A stretch of DNA of 57,685 nt from Spongospora subterranea f. sp. subterranea. Taxonomy: Eukaryota. This document shows positions 1 to 11,963 of this stretch, in pieces. The stretch is taken from contig JAUGWO010000048.1 in the NCBI GenBank assembly GCA_049724395.1, positions 124,001-181,685 of the forward strand. The letters run 5' to 3'. Below the pieces are notes generated by a model. That model saw only the letters and a program-made list of their open reading frames with translations, was not told the DNA's origin and made no database searches. Position numbers and translations under genes: made by a program. Position 1 is the stretch's first letter; every line of letters starts with the position of its first letter.

Positions 1-14
1 TTGATCGAATTCGC

Positions 15-446
15 GTGGAACCGGAGCTGGCCGAGTCGCTGCCAGATCAGGATGCCGAGACCAAGAAGTCGTTCAAATTAGACGCGGCGTTGATTGAACT
101 GTTGGGAGCGTCTGGGCTTGACAAGAAAGCGAAGAAAGCGTACGATGCCAAACGGATTTGTTCATTGGGTGGGAAAGCGCCAAAAAACATCAAGACGCCG
201 ATCCCGATTCTGAAGGGGATTCGAGCCAAGAACAAGATGCGGGAGAAGAGGCAGGAGGCCCTGGATATCGCCGCTGGGAACACTGTAAAAAGACAGAAGA
301 ACCCCATCGAAAGGACGGGGGATTCCGGCCTCAAAATTGGCCTGGGGAAATTTTCGGCTGGGAAACTTTCGCTTTCCGGGAAAGATATATCCTTCGTTGA
401 GAATTCCGGGTCCAAATTTAAACTCTCCGCTATGTTCAGGAGATAA
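15..446 (+). CDS. C1orf131/DUF4602 (Faf1-like) SSU processome factor, 3' part; start probably upstream of window
   Basis: Basic protein with LGGKAPKN..P..ILKG.R and GLKIGLGKFSAGKLSLS..DI motifs recalled from the DUF4602 family; ORF begins at GTG near the window edge. Confidence 0.65.
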   Translation: MEPELAESLPDQDAETKKSFKLDAALIELLGASGLDKKAKKAYDAKRICSLGGKAPKNIKTPIPILKGIRAKNKMREKRQEALDIAAGNTVKRQKNPIERTGDSGLKIGLGKFSAGKLSLSGKDISFVENSGSKFKLSAMFRR

Positions 447-610
447 ACTCAGCAATCTATTTTATTTACAATATTTCGCCATCCTTAAGAGCCCGTTGTG
501 TTCTCTGGATAATATGGGGTTTGCAGTCTTCCTTCGAGATTATCCGGTTCTCGAATGTGCAGTTGAAACCGTTTTCTTGCCAGACACTCAGGGTTTCACA
601 GCATTTAGAA

Positions 611-853
611 ATGATTGCGCCATCGTCGGCTGGCACCATATCCATCGTCCACAGTATCGTCCCCATATTTTCGCTCGTGCTCTGTTTGGCAACATCGATG
701 GCGATGGGCGACAGGCGCGAGTTATTGCAAATTCCCGAGCAGACCCCGATCCCCATTGACCATACCGATGTGCTGATTTCGGCGGCGGTCATCGCTGCGG
801 TTGTCCTGATATTGTCGATCATGATCCTGCGAGCGTTCATCAAGAACCTATAA
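611..853 (+). CDS. Small hypothetical membrane protein (about 80 aa)
   Basis: ATG at 611, TAA at 851-853; hydrophobic N-terminal segment IVPIFSLVLCLATSMA and C-terminal TM VLISAAVIAAVVLILSIMIL. Confidence 0.45.
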   Translation: MIAPSSAGTISIVHSIVPIFSLVLCLATSMAMGDRRELLQIPEQTPIPIDHTDVLISAAVIAAVVLILSIMILRAFIKNL

Positions 854-860
854 ATTAGCT

Positions 861-975
861 ATTTCCCAGAAAATAAATCCAGAAACTTCAAGCTTTTCAT
901 AGTTTGGACATATAGTCGTTTTGAAAAAACTGAAGACTGTCCGAGTTTGGCAATCTCGCCGACATTTCGCGCTTG
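861..975. repeat. Left arm of about 115-bp imperfect inverted repeat (partner 2806-2921)
   Basis: atttcccagaaaat...gacatttcgcgcttg is the reverse complement, with scattered mismatches, of caagcgcgaaaagtc...ttttctgggaaat. Confidence 0.9.
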
Positions 976-1729
976 GTTCTTTTATTTGCCAACGCCCTTT
1001 GCACGGCAACAAATTACTGATGATCCGGAACAAATATGGAATGGCTTTTCAAACCTTTGTTCGACGAGTAAATATGATATTTTGACTATTTGCATGCGGC
1101 GAGATCGAACAATGGCAAAAGATATTGAAAACAAAAACACAATCGAGATGGGATGATCGTACCTCCCTGCCAATCTGAACCAGAGAGACCGAAGATCACG
1201 ATGATTTCAAGTCGCCCAAACCAGGAATGTGTATTTACTGGTCAGCAATTAAATCAAAGTCATTAATCTGTTGCTGTTCCTGATCATTATTGTTGTCCCA
1301 ATGTGATTGCGGTAGCTGTTCACTTCCAGACTCCTGTCGAATCGGAATATGGATCACACTTGGCCAACGATCATCTGGATTTCATCAGCTGCGGTCTCAT
1401 CAAATTCTGTTCGATCAAACCCGTTGAACACCTGACTTCCATGGCCAGCGCCTTTTGTCAGGGACCTGGCTGCATAGTATCGGTCCAAACTCAAACAGCG
1501 ACAGGCGAACCTGATCCAGATTGGGGGTAAAACCATTGACACCCCTTAAAACCGGATAAAAAAACAGCCACAAATTCTGTTCTGGAACAAACAAACTCTC
1601 TGAATTCCCCGACCGATAGAACTACACACGACAGTTATTATGGACTATATGACCGGTTGATGAGAACCTGATCAGATCCGGCAGATTCTGATTTTGAGTT
1701 GTGGATTCCTTTTGACGGGGACCGATCAC

Positions 1730-2719
1730 ATGGCCGAGATCAGTGTTCATCCCGAGGGCGGCCACGTACCGCCAGAGGTCCTGTCGCTGGACGATCTGAT
1801 GGAGAAGGCGCGGGTCGAGCTCAACGAAACCGGGGAGGCGCGACGCCAGGGCCTCGACTTCCTACGCCAGGAAATCGCCAACGACGGCCACCTTTTCGAA
1901 TTCCCCGAGATCAACGACGACCGATTCCTTTTGGCGTTCCTTCGAGTTAGCAAATTTCGTCATGATCGCGCCCTAAAACGCCTTAAAAAGTTCGCCGAAT
2001 TCCGCCGCGATCACGCTGATTGGTTTACCGGCACAATAGATACCGTCCGCCCGTTCATCGAAACAGGAATGACCGGAATTTTGCCATTTCGAACAGCAGA
2101 AGGTGTGTTGAGTTGGACGTTTCCTTTTCTCGATCAACTGTTGAGGGGTGAATGATGATCGGTTCCCTAAGGCGTGACGGTGTCGACATTGTTCCCGGGA
2201 AGGCAGGATCGTGTGCGGTTCTCGTTCCTGGACCAGATGCGCGCGTCGGTCTTCGTCACGTTGAGGATCCTGACCAGTGTCGAGACGCAGATCTGCGGCC
2301 TGGCATTGGTCGAGGATCTGACCGGGATGAAGCTGTTGGACACCCCGCCCATGTCCGAATGCAAACAGAGCTTCGCTTGGATGCAAGAATGCCTTCCGCT
2401 GCGGTTCAAAGGTACATGAAATCCACTGATTCGCTATCGCTATCTCAGAACAACAATAGGATTCCACGTTGTGAACGCCCCGTGGTATTTGAACGCGCTC
2501 TGGGCGGTCGTCAGACCATTCATGTCGAAGAAGATGCAATCTCGATTCGCGGTGCATAAGGGCGATCTATCCACATTACACGCCGTAATTCCGGCCCGAA
2601 TCCTGTCGTCGGAATTCGGTGGAGATTTGGGCCCGTTCGATGCGACCGTGTATTTGCGAGATTTGGCCGCCGCATCCCCTGAACCAAAAGAACCATCTAA
2701 ACGAGCAGAAGGCGACTAG
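1730..2719 (+). CDS. CRAL-TRIO/Sec14-like lipid-binding protein (alpha-TTP/clavesin-like), 3 exons
   Basis: KARVELNE, DDRFLLAFLRVSKF, CLPLRFK, VNAPW, VRPFMSKKMQSR and LSSEFGGDL motifs; introns about 2103-2171 and 2412-2460. Confidence 0.9.
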
Positions 2720-2805
2720 TCAGATCACTGGAATAAAATCAGAGACCGGAACTACCCTCTTGAGATCGGTATCGGGACAACGCTTTCACTGTTGTTTTTC
2801 TACAT

Positions 2806-2921
2806 CAAGCGCGAAAAGTCGGCGCGATTGCCAAACTCGGACAGTTTTCAGTTCCTTCAACACGACTATATGCCTAAAATTATGAAAATCTTGAGGTTTC
2901 TGGATTCATTTTCTGGGAAAT
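2806..2921. repeat. Right arm of inverted repeat (partner 861-975)
   Basis: Direct reverse-complement alignment. Confidence 0.9.
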
Positions 2922-4102
2922 GGGTAAATGACTGGCTTTGGCTGCCGAGTGTGTGAGCTTTGTTTTCAACAGAACGACGTGGATCAACGCTGATCGCGCA
3001 CGCGACCTAGTGGGTCGAACATGTTATGTTCGAACCACTCGATCATTATTTGACAGACACAGAACTGTATTCCGATTCACAAACGAGATAATATAAATTG
3101 GAGAGGATGAGCTTGGGTGCAGGGTGTAAAGCGACCGAGATCCGAACACCTCTCATCTCGACGGTTATCAGCGATGAGGCTCTCGATTAGGTCTCGGCTA
3201 TTGTATGGCACGAGGTAATCGAATAGCCAGCCGGGTCTGGTCTTACTTCTGTTGGCATTGACTAGTGTCAGCTCAAAGGAATAAAAGGTCTTCCGTCGTT
3301 TCCTATAAACACTTTTCCACCAGATTGATACGACACATTGTAATGGGAGGTCCAGTATTGCAAAGTATTGATTGATCTGCTCAGCGAAGCATCGGTTCAG
3401 TGCCCAAAACCGCCCCCAACCCGATGACCTTCAACATGTCGCAGCTCGTCATTACGAAGAAGGTATTCGCATGTGGAGTCGTGACCAATCGACAAGTAAC
3501 CCGTTTGCCAAAGGAGATTGCAATACAGGGCAAGGATTCCCGAACGGATCCCGCCAACTGGACAGCGATCTGTACGAGCAGTGATTGTGAACACGCAACG
3601 TCTCGAGACGATCCTTGACCGTCCTGGAACTGTGCCAACGTCACTTGCAACGAACGGCCGCGATTATCACCAAATAACACAGGGACGTCCTCCCCAGCAC
3701 CATAAAATCTTGGAACAACTGATCAATGGCTTGAGCATCGACAATTTTTCCCAGACGTTAGATCTGACAACGTTCTAAATTCGATTGATTTTTCGATCCG
3801 GGATCATTCGTGTCGGCTGTTCAGATCATGTCCCTCATTAAACGACGGTCGTGTCCCCAGTTTCAAAAACACGAACTGTAGGTCGATCTGACCCAGTTAT
3901 GTGGCTCTCTCTCTTTCCAATCTAATTCCATAGCCCACATAGCCTTGTGACATTGGTCGCTGATTCCTATGCACTTCAAGGTCGGAACTGATCAATCGAT
4001 TTCTGGTCTTCGATTGCCACGAACCCACAAGGTCAGGCACGCGACACGTTTGAGGATTGCAGCAATCTGAGCGGGATAGGATCGCATTCGCAATCGAACT
4101 CG

Positions 4103-5221
4103 ATGAGTTTTGGACTTGACAAGGAGATCGCGGCCAAGATCGCTTCGAAATACGATCCGGCCAAGGAGAAGGAAGCGCAAGAATGGATCGAACAGGTATC
4201 TTTCATTATCTCAACAATCCGCTGCATGGTGATTGTTCGCTTCGTAAGGTGACGGGAGAGAAGCTGTCCGGCGGGCTGCATGAATCTTTGCGATCTGGGG
4301 TTCGATTATGTCAGTTGTTGAACGTGATCAAGCAGGGCACCGTTCCCAAAATCAACACGCAAAACATGCCGTTTATGCAACGCGAAAACATCTCGTACTA
4401 CTTGAACGGGTTCGTGGATTCACATGCGCTGTTGCGATCTATGGTTGACATTAAGGGTTTCGTTGGCATCTTGGGTTAGATGTCGCACCTTAGGGCTTCG
4501 AGATGCCGATTTATTTGACACTCAAGGTTGGTGAAGTCTCCACGATTCATAAAACTTGTGTTGAGTTGATTTGACGTTATTTCATCGTGAGGACACTATG
4601 GTTTGTTTTTGGTATCAACGGTCGTAATTTCGATCATACTATCGGTAGACACTGGCTGAATTCTGACTCAGATTTGTACGACAACAAAAATATCATCCAT
4701 GTCATTGTGAGTAGATCAAGTGCCCTGCCAAACGGTCTTTGACTTGGGATGATATTCAAGGAAAACATCTATTCGTTGGCGGCATTCACTCGCACACTGC
4801 CAACGTTCAAAGGGCCACATCTCGGCAACGTGCGAATGGCTCAGAAGAATGAGCGCGTTTTCACAGATCAACAGCTGGCGGAAGCGAGTGCGATGCCGAC
4901 CCTTTTGGCCATGGGTGGATTAGAGGTAAGGCGAATATTGTGTGCGACAATATAGAACTCACTGTGAAATTAGGCTAAGAAACGGGTGTCGAAAGACGCA
5001 GGACCAAACGTCATTCTAGATCGCCAGATAATTCAGAACCTGGATGATATCAAACACGAGCAAGCGAAATCTCGTGCCGGTATATGGAACACCCGTTCGA
5101 TCCGATACAAAAGAGGGACACTGAATTCGATGTAGTTGCGAACCAGGGTTGCAAAGGATGCGGCGGCCCTCAGCCTGAAGGAAAATTCTGTGGGACATGC
5201 GGTGCAAAACGCGAGGCGTAA
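4103..5221 (+). CDS. Calponin/transgelin-like CH-domain protein with C-terminal zinc ribbon, multi-exon
   Basis: MSFGLDKEIAAKIASKYDPAKEKEAQEWIEQ, LRSGVRLCQLLNVIK, PFMQRENISYYL, DLFDTQDLY motifs across GT-AG introns; last exon CKGCGG..GKFCGTCGAKREA*. Confidence 0.85.
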
Positions 5222-5341
5222 AGCGCAAAACAGTACAAAATCGACCGCAATGCAATGAATTATTTGTTTGATAATAATGATCTGTATATGAACGTGTAAC
5301 AACAAATAAATAAGCCAAGAGTGAAATAACGGTCAGCATCA

Positions 5342-7720
5342 TTATTTCAGCAATTTCTTGATAACCGATTTAACATTCATTCGCCTCATGTCGCCGTAGT
5401 CTTGTCCCATTCCAACAAACATTATCGGGATCTTAGCAGTATATGTCATACTGATAGCTGCTCCAACCTAAGAAATTATCAACATTTACAGTGATACGAT
5501 TACCTGAAAACCGAAACAAAAAATCTAACCAAACCATTTCGCAGTTTTTTGGAAGAATATAAACAAATCTAGTGATACTTCTAACCTTATCGTCAATGGT
5601 GTCGAACTTTGTCAAGACGATTCCGTCGATTAATCGAGGATTGGCGTCGGTAGACAAATCGCTTAGCGACAGGTTAAACTTTGTCAGCTGATCAACGCCA
5701 TCGTTGCCGACCAACGCCTCACCAACAAAGAGAACAAGATCGGGTCGATTCTGTACAATTAGCTTGGAAAGAGCCCGCATAAGCGGTTCGTTATCCTGCA
5801 TTCGACCAGCAGTATCAATCAAGACCACATCATGCTGCTTTCGAAGAGCATTTTCGATGCCATCCATAGCGACCGATGATGGATCGCGATTGTATCCTAG
5901 GTTAAAAGTAAGAACCAACAAGACTGCAACTAAAACAAATGAGTAACTACATCGAAGCACAATATGGAAAACAAGGGCATGCCAATGAAATAGCATTACA
6001 ATATTGAAAAAAAAAACAAAAAAATACGACATGAACGGGAGAATAACAATCGAACGTGTTCCGTTTATGTCATACCAGGGTAAAACCTACCTTTTTGAAA
6101 CAATTCAACACCCAAAGCGTTGGCGTGTGTTTTCAGTTGTTCGACAGCACCAGCACGAAAAGTATCACAGGCAACCATAGAGACAGAAAGGCCCTTTGAG
6201 AGGAAGTAATAGCAAATTTTCGAGAGAGATGTAGACTTCCCAACGCCGTTCACGCCTACAAAAACTACAGAGAACGGACGGTGCTCAGTTGCCTTTACAT
6301 GCGCGACGCGACGTAAAATATCGGTATCATGAGATATCGCCAAAATCCTGGTGAGTGTAGCTTCCATGGACGTCCGCACAGCTGAACGAATCTGCAGAGA
6401 TGAAAGATTCTTTCCAACTAGTGTAGCACAAACTGACTCGCAGATGTCATCAGCAATCGACGCAGCCACATTCTTGGCCATGAGATTATCCCGCACAGAA
6501 TTCAAGGCTGGCATGATGTCTTCACGCTCAAGCTCCTTGCCAATTAACCCTAATAAAATTATCAATTGCAAGGTTTTGCTAAAAAGACACCGGTTTTGGT
6601 GGCAGAGGATGGGACGACATCAAACTTGAATGGTACAAAAAACAAAATGACTTATTTGGAACCTTGAAAGTATCCGAAAATGCCAGATTTTGCTGATTCC
6701 TCAATTTCGACATCAGATGTGTCATAACCGGAATCGTCTCCAGCAGGTATCACAACGCGAGCAGCGACGTTAATTTCGCTTTGTCCTGATTCGTTATTGA
6801 TTGCCGTATGGTCAAGATCTTTGGCGTCAGAAGCCTTTGACCCAATATTATTCCAGTTCTAACCATCAAAGCAATCAATGCGACATCATTTGAAAAAGAA
6901 GCAAAGGCAACAAACTAATATAGGACTGTATATCAAACAATTGACTGAGAAAAGACTGACGCGTTTTGTGGTTTTTTTTGTGGGAGCAGACGATTTCGCA
7001 GGTTTGGCGGCGGAAGATTTTGGCTTACCGGTGGACGAGCCACCCCGACCACGTCGTGACCCGGCTCTAACCTTTAATCTTTCTAATGCGCCAGTTGCCG
7101 ATAATACGCCATCGTCTTCCTCTTCATCCTCATCTTTTTCAGAGGAGTTTTGCGTCACCGCATCGGCTGTGATCATTTAGAAACTAGTATCAGAAAAAAA
7201 GTGTTTGGCAACAATCAACCTGAAGAAACAGCAGGGCCGGGCGCTGATTTGGATTGAGGCCTTGATGGGACCACGTTCGCGGGTTTCATATGTTTATTCG
7301 GACCGTTTTCGAATTTGGTCAACATCTTATCATAGACGGGATCAAATGCAATAAACTGCTTTGATTGTGAAGTTCGGAAATTACAGTTTGTGTACATATC
7401 AGTAAACTTTTTTTTCATGGACTCCAGCAGTGCATCGACATAATACAGGTTGGCGATATTTAGATAAACAGCGACAAAAACTAAGGAAAAAGTTTAGAAA
7501 GCAGAAATGACGCAACTCCATTGCAAATACCAAGGTTCTGAGTATTAGCAAGAGTCCACTTGATTGAGAAGTTGCCACGATCAAACCGGTCTTGCCCAGC
7601 CTGATCGGCCAGCAGAACCTCGTGAATAAATTCGACCAAAACGCCATCACCGTCTGGTGATAACCGCCTTCTCCAGAGCAAAAGCCCACATGTCGAGAAC
7701 ACACACACCAAGTCAAGCAT
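5342..7720 (-). CDS. SRPRA: Signal recognition particle receptor alpha subunit, multi-exon
   Basis: N-terminal [79 protein letters not shown] motifs. Confidence 0.95.
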
Positions 7721-9073
7721 CTGTGGGTCTATCCAACAGAACAGCAACAACCACAATCAGCGAAATATTCCAATGAACAGGAAACCAGGTGAGCGAACTG
7801 CTGATAGACCCCACTGGTGGTGTGTACAGTGTATCCTTACAAACAGCGCATAAAAACAAACCTGACTTGACAATGGATTATTGCGCGACAGTACGGGTTG
7901 CATCGCACCCCAGTGGTACACTGTACAGTGTACATGCAGTACAGTCAAACGTGGCCATCAGACTTGGGTGCGCAACAGCATCGAATTATCCTGGATTTTA
8001 TCGAATACTTTCAACATGAGTCGTGTCCTATCCAACATCGCTCAGAAGAACTTCTCGTAGAGCTGACTTCATGCATCTTTTCTGGCAACACGGATTTGCG
8101 GCTTACAACAGCTCCTGACGTCGATAAGTTGAGCGAAGTTCGGAACGTTTCGGCGGATCCAGTTCAGTGCGCAATTGAATTTGTTTGTGATTTCACAATC
8201 TGAGTCGCTAATTGTTCTGGGGGTTATGTGATTAGGATTTGACTGTTAAGTGAGGTCAGAGACCCAGCTTGAAAAATCAACCAAGCGTATTTGTAGATCT
8301 CACTGCAGTTTTTGTTCGAGAACGGGACGTTTATCTGGCACTGTTAAAAGAACGGAAAGAGATCCACGGTGATGATGTAAATTCGGTATCTTTGAGAGCT
8401 GTTTAGATCTGAGCAAGCTGAAAGCATTTGGAAAGTATCTACTCAAGATACCCATTAATGCGATTACGGATACCGATTTAGACAACGATCTAAAAGGTCT
8501 CCAGGAACAGCCCTTTCAGATGGCCGTTTCTTCTCAGTTCTCGCCCCATCGTGGAAATCCTCCACCGGCAGTTCCGGTTGCTGATTGACGGCTGCCGAGA
8601 TGGAGTCGAGCGAAGAGCCGCAAACCGCTGCTGGCGACGTATACCCGCCACGATATGGGTGGTGTGTGAGATCCAGATAGGCCAATTGTCAATCAGTTGC
8701 CAAGTTCTTGGTAGTCGCCTAACTTGCATTTTTAATGGCGGGTTTAGCGACTTAGTTAGCGCAGGTCCATAATCACTTATCTCTTGCAAAACATGCGTCG
8801 TGAAATCGTGGTCTTGCAAGAGCCATCGTCCAACTCGAACGGTTGACTTTCCTCAATTCTGTGTCAGGACTCGGATAATGTCGCAGTAATCTGATGTTGC
8901 TATCAGGCGTTTGGTTTGCCCTTGGCGGTTGTTCAACGGTTTTCAAACGCGGTTTTACCTTCAGCGGGAGTACAAGTCCCCTCCACAAAAAATACATCCA
9001 CCATCAGGTGGTTTTCCCATACCTTTCCATAGTTGCGGCATGGAATGCTCGTCCCATTTTGAATTTGTTGGTA

Positions 9074-9246
9074 GCGGGTGCTTGGTGTTGTGTCTTATCA
9101 GCGGGTGATTGGTGTTGTGTCTTATCAGCGGGGGATTGGTGTTGTGTCTTATCAGCGGGTGATTGGTGTTGTGTCTTATCAGCGGGTGATTGGTGTTGTG
9201 TCTTATCAGCGGGTGATTGGTGCTGTGTCTTATCAGCGGGGGATTG
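9074..9246. repeat. 27-bp minisatellite, about 6.4 copies
   Basis: Unit gcgggtgattggtgttgtgtcttatca repeated head-to-tail with no spacers. Confidence 0.97.
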
Positions 9247-10260
9247 TTGAACTTCTTTCAGTTTTCTGTTTTGGACTTGCGTGATAGTAACTCAACAGTT
9301 TTGCTTGATCGGTTTCTGCTGATTGTTCATCTCATCGAGTGTTGGACCATGTCGTGAAAAGTCGCGGGTGGGACTCCCGCTCGAAATACTTGATCTTTCT
9401 CTTGATCCCTTTCCTTCCTTGATATATATAATGAAGGCTTTCATCGTGAATGGAGTCGTCGAATTTTGCGAAGTAAGCCAGGATTATGGGTTTCTTGAGT
9501 ATATTCCAATTGCTTTTTGAGCTTGCTGAAATGGAAACAGCTTCTGAGGGGTACAGCGTTCACATCGTCACCGTAGATCTCTTTTCTTTATCAATGAGAG
9601 GTAAACTTCCCGTTTTCAACGAACACCAATGATTTGGAATCAAACTGTTTCATGACCGGTGGCTCTAGCGGGGAAAAGATCGGTGCACGTCCTGATGTAA
9701 TCTCTTGGTTAATAGTTGGTTCCAAGTCATCTGGCCCTGGCATGCTTGTCAAACGTCGTGTTTGTGTCGAGGTTTGCGACGGTTATCGTCCCTTGGTCGG
9801 TTCAGTTAGCCCGCCTGTTGCCGGCCAGGTGGTTTTTCTAGAAAACGTTTTTATGCAGGGTCCACAGGAGTTGATTGACGCTAGGAACCTGAAGCGCTGT
9901 TTATTTGGATCGATAAAAATTGTATAAGACACGATCGCGATTGGTTTGGAATAGTTAAAGCGATGGTTGGGGCGGAACATTTCTGTACGATTTTCTACAT
10001 TGGAATCACATTAGGTAATCCAATGCTACTTCTCAAGTTTCATCTATCGCAGCTTGAGCAGATGTTAAAACAGCCACAAATCTAAAACATCTCACTACCA
10101 CACGTAAACTCATCAAATAGGTCACTGCGCTATCTCGATTTCAAACAATCAACAAAACTGGTAATATTGCGTGAACAGGTTGGCGATTTTGCGCCACCTG
10201 ATCGTCACGGCCACACTTTCCTGATTCCTCAATCAGACTGACGTGGCCTGCTGGATTCTC

Positions 10261-11096
10261 ATGGAGTCGACATCGTCGCAGCCAGGAGGAACCACCGTTC
10301 ATGGATTCGATCGATTTCTTCATCTCTGGACGGCGGCGCACGAGGTCGCTCTCGCTTGTCCTAATCTGGCTCGTCTTTATATGTCGGTTCGCGTTATGGC
10401 GTTCACGATGAACACCAATGCTGATTTCTTTCTATAGGAACCGTGCTCGCGATTCTTCCATAGTCTCTGATATTCGTATGTTCAAGATAATTGACGTTTA
10501 CTAGTTCATAGCAATTTATTTTTTCATCAGATATATCCGATCAGTTTAGGACTCGGTTTTGCTTTAAATGCGGGTCATTCTTCGTACCGGGTGAAACGTG
10601 CTCGATTCGCTTATCGAAGTCTGAGAAACCATTGCCACTTGTTGCTAAGCGCAAAAGGTCGCGAACCAGATTCCAGAACCATATCACGTACACCTGCCAT
10701 GATTGCGGTTTTACAAATCGTTTGTCGGGATCATCACGCGATCACCTCCATGAATTGCAAGAACGGATACGGAAAGACAATGCGAATTTGCGAGAGAAGA
10801 AGGCGTTGTTGACGAAACAGGCACGCGTAGCCAGTGTGAACCCGTCGGCGATCAAACCCGTTGTCAACTCGTTGTTCTTCTCGTTTCAATGCGAGGAGGC
10901 GACGGTTGGTGCTCGTAAGCGCGCTTTGATCACAAGGCGGACTGAACCGCCTGCAGTACCAGCACAATCATCAGTTGTGTCGGCACCTCCCGCGAATAAG
11001 GTTTTACCGTCCAAACCCCAGAGCAGAGGCGATCAATCACCGCCCCCCTCTAATCTAACAATGTATCAATTACTGGATAAATATAGGAAGCAATAA
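10261..11096 (+). CDS. RNase P/MRP Rpp21/Rpr2/Snm1-domain protein, multi-exon
   Basis: RFLHLWTAAH..PNLARLY followed after introns by FCFKCGSFFVPGETCSIR and ITYTCHDCG zinc-ribbon pairs. Confidence 0.8.
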
Positions 11097-11216
11097 CCCT
11101 CAATGTCAGCCATGCTTCAACGGGTTCGGGTCATTGAACATCATCAACCCGACCTTGGAGAACATCAGATTGATCCACTCCCATTTGTCATTTGGCTTTC
11201 CAAATCGTTTGCTATA

Positions 11217-11963
11217 ATGGATAACAGGTCCATGCCACCGTTATCGTATCGATTAATTCACCTAATCGTCTTGGGAGAAGCTGTGCGTTCATCATATGGC
11301 GTGCCAACTTGGCTGAAAAACCTCGAGCTAAGTGCTGGCCAACAGCGTGATATTGTGGAATTGAAACGACCGCCAATGAAACCAACAGAAACGAGAGGAA
11401 CTACCCAACTAACAGCCGATGTGTTCGACGAGATTGAATGGATCAAATCTGCTTTTCCCGATGGGTTTACAGAAATTCATCAATCGAGTCAGTCTTCTGA
11501 AATCAACTCCTATTGTTTCGAAGTGATTGTTGCGCCAGCTGGGCGCACAATGCAGCAAAACCGCCAGCGAAACTTCCTCGGCAAGGTTCGCGCTGCTGTC
11601 GACAAACAATATCGGGAGAAAGGCGAACTCGAGCTGATCTTACGTGTTGACGTACCAAAAGGATATCCCGCTCAAGCCGCTCCGAAATTGAAAATTATTG
11701 GCTGGAACGGCGCATCGCGACCAGAGATCACCCGTTTGGAACGGCAGATCCGCAGGATAGCGCATCGTGGAAAAGTCAAAGGGAAACCGTCATTGCGACG
11801 ATTGTGCAAACGATCCTTGGAATTTCTGATGAATCCCGACGACGAGTTGCGCAACCGAAAGATATCCATTTGGCTAATCGCTGCCGCTGTGCTGGTTATT
11901 CTTGCCCTCTTCAAGTATGTGCAATTACGAATGACGCGGACGACAACCGTCGTCTATAGATAA
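11217..11963 (+). CDS. RWD-domain protein with C-terminal transmembrane helix (start uncertain: 11103, 11217 or 11232)
   Basis: DEIEWIKSAFPD, LILRVDVPKGYPAQAAP (YPxxxP-like) and G.PSL..L RWD features; TM ISIWLIAAAVLVILALF; intronless. Confidence 0.7.
   Translation: MDNRSMPPLSYRLIHLIVLGEAVRSSYGVPTWLKNLELSAGQQRDIVELKRPPMKPTETRGTTQLTADVFDEIEWIKSAFPDGFTEIHQSSQSSEINSYCFEVIVAPAGRTMQQNRQRNFLGKVRAAVDKQYREKGELELILRVDVPKGYPAQAAPKLKIIGWNGASRPEITRLERQIRRIAHRGKVKGKPSLRRLCKRSLEFLMNPDDELRNRKISIWLIAAAVLVILALFKYVQLRMTRTTTVVYR

Noticed and set aside
3372..3778. Possible LINE RT remnant (DPANW motif)
   Set aside because: A single weak motif with no other RT or endonuclease signatures
7916..7933. 18-bp perfect palindrome gtacactgtacagtgtac upstream of SRPRA
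   Set aside because: Real but short and low-complexity; no supportable function
9074..9246. CRISPR array
   Set aside because: Units are contiguous with no unique spacers, there are no cas genes, and the context is eukaryotic
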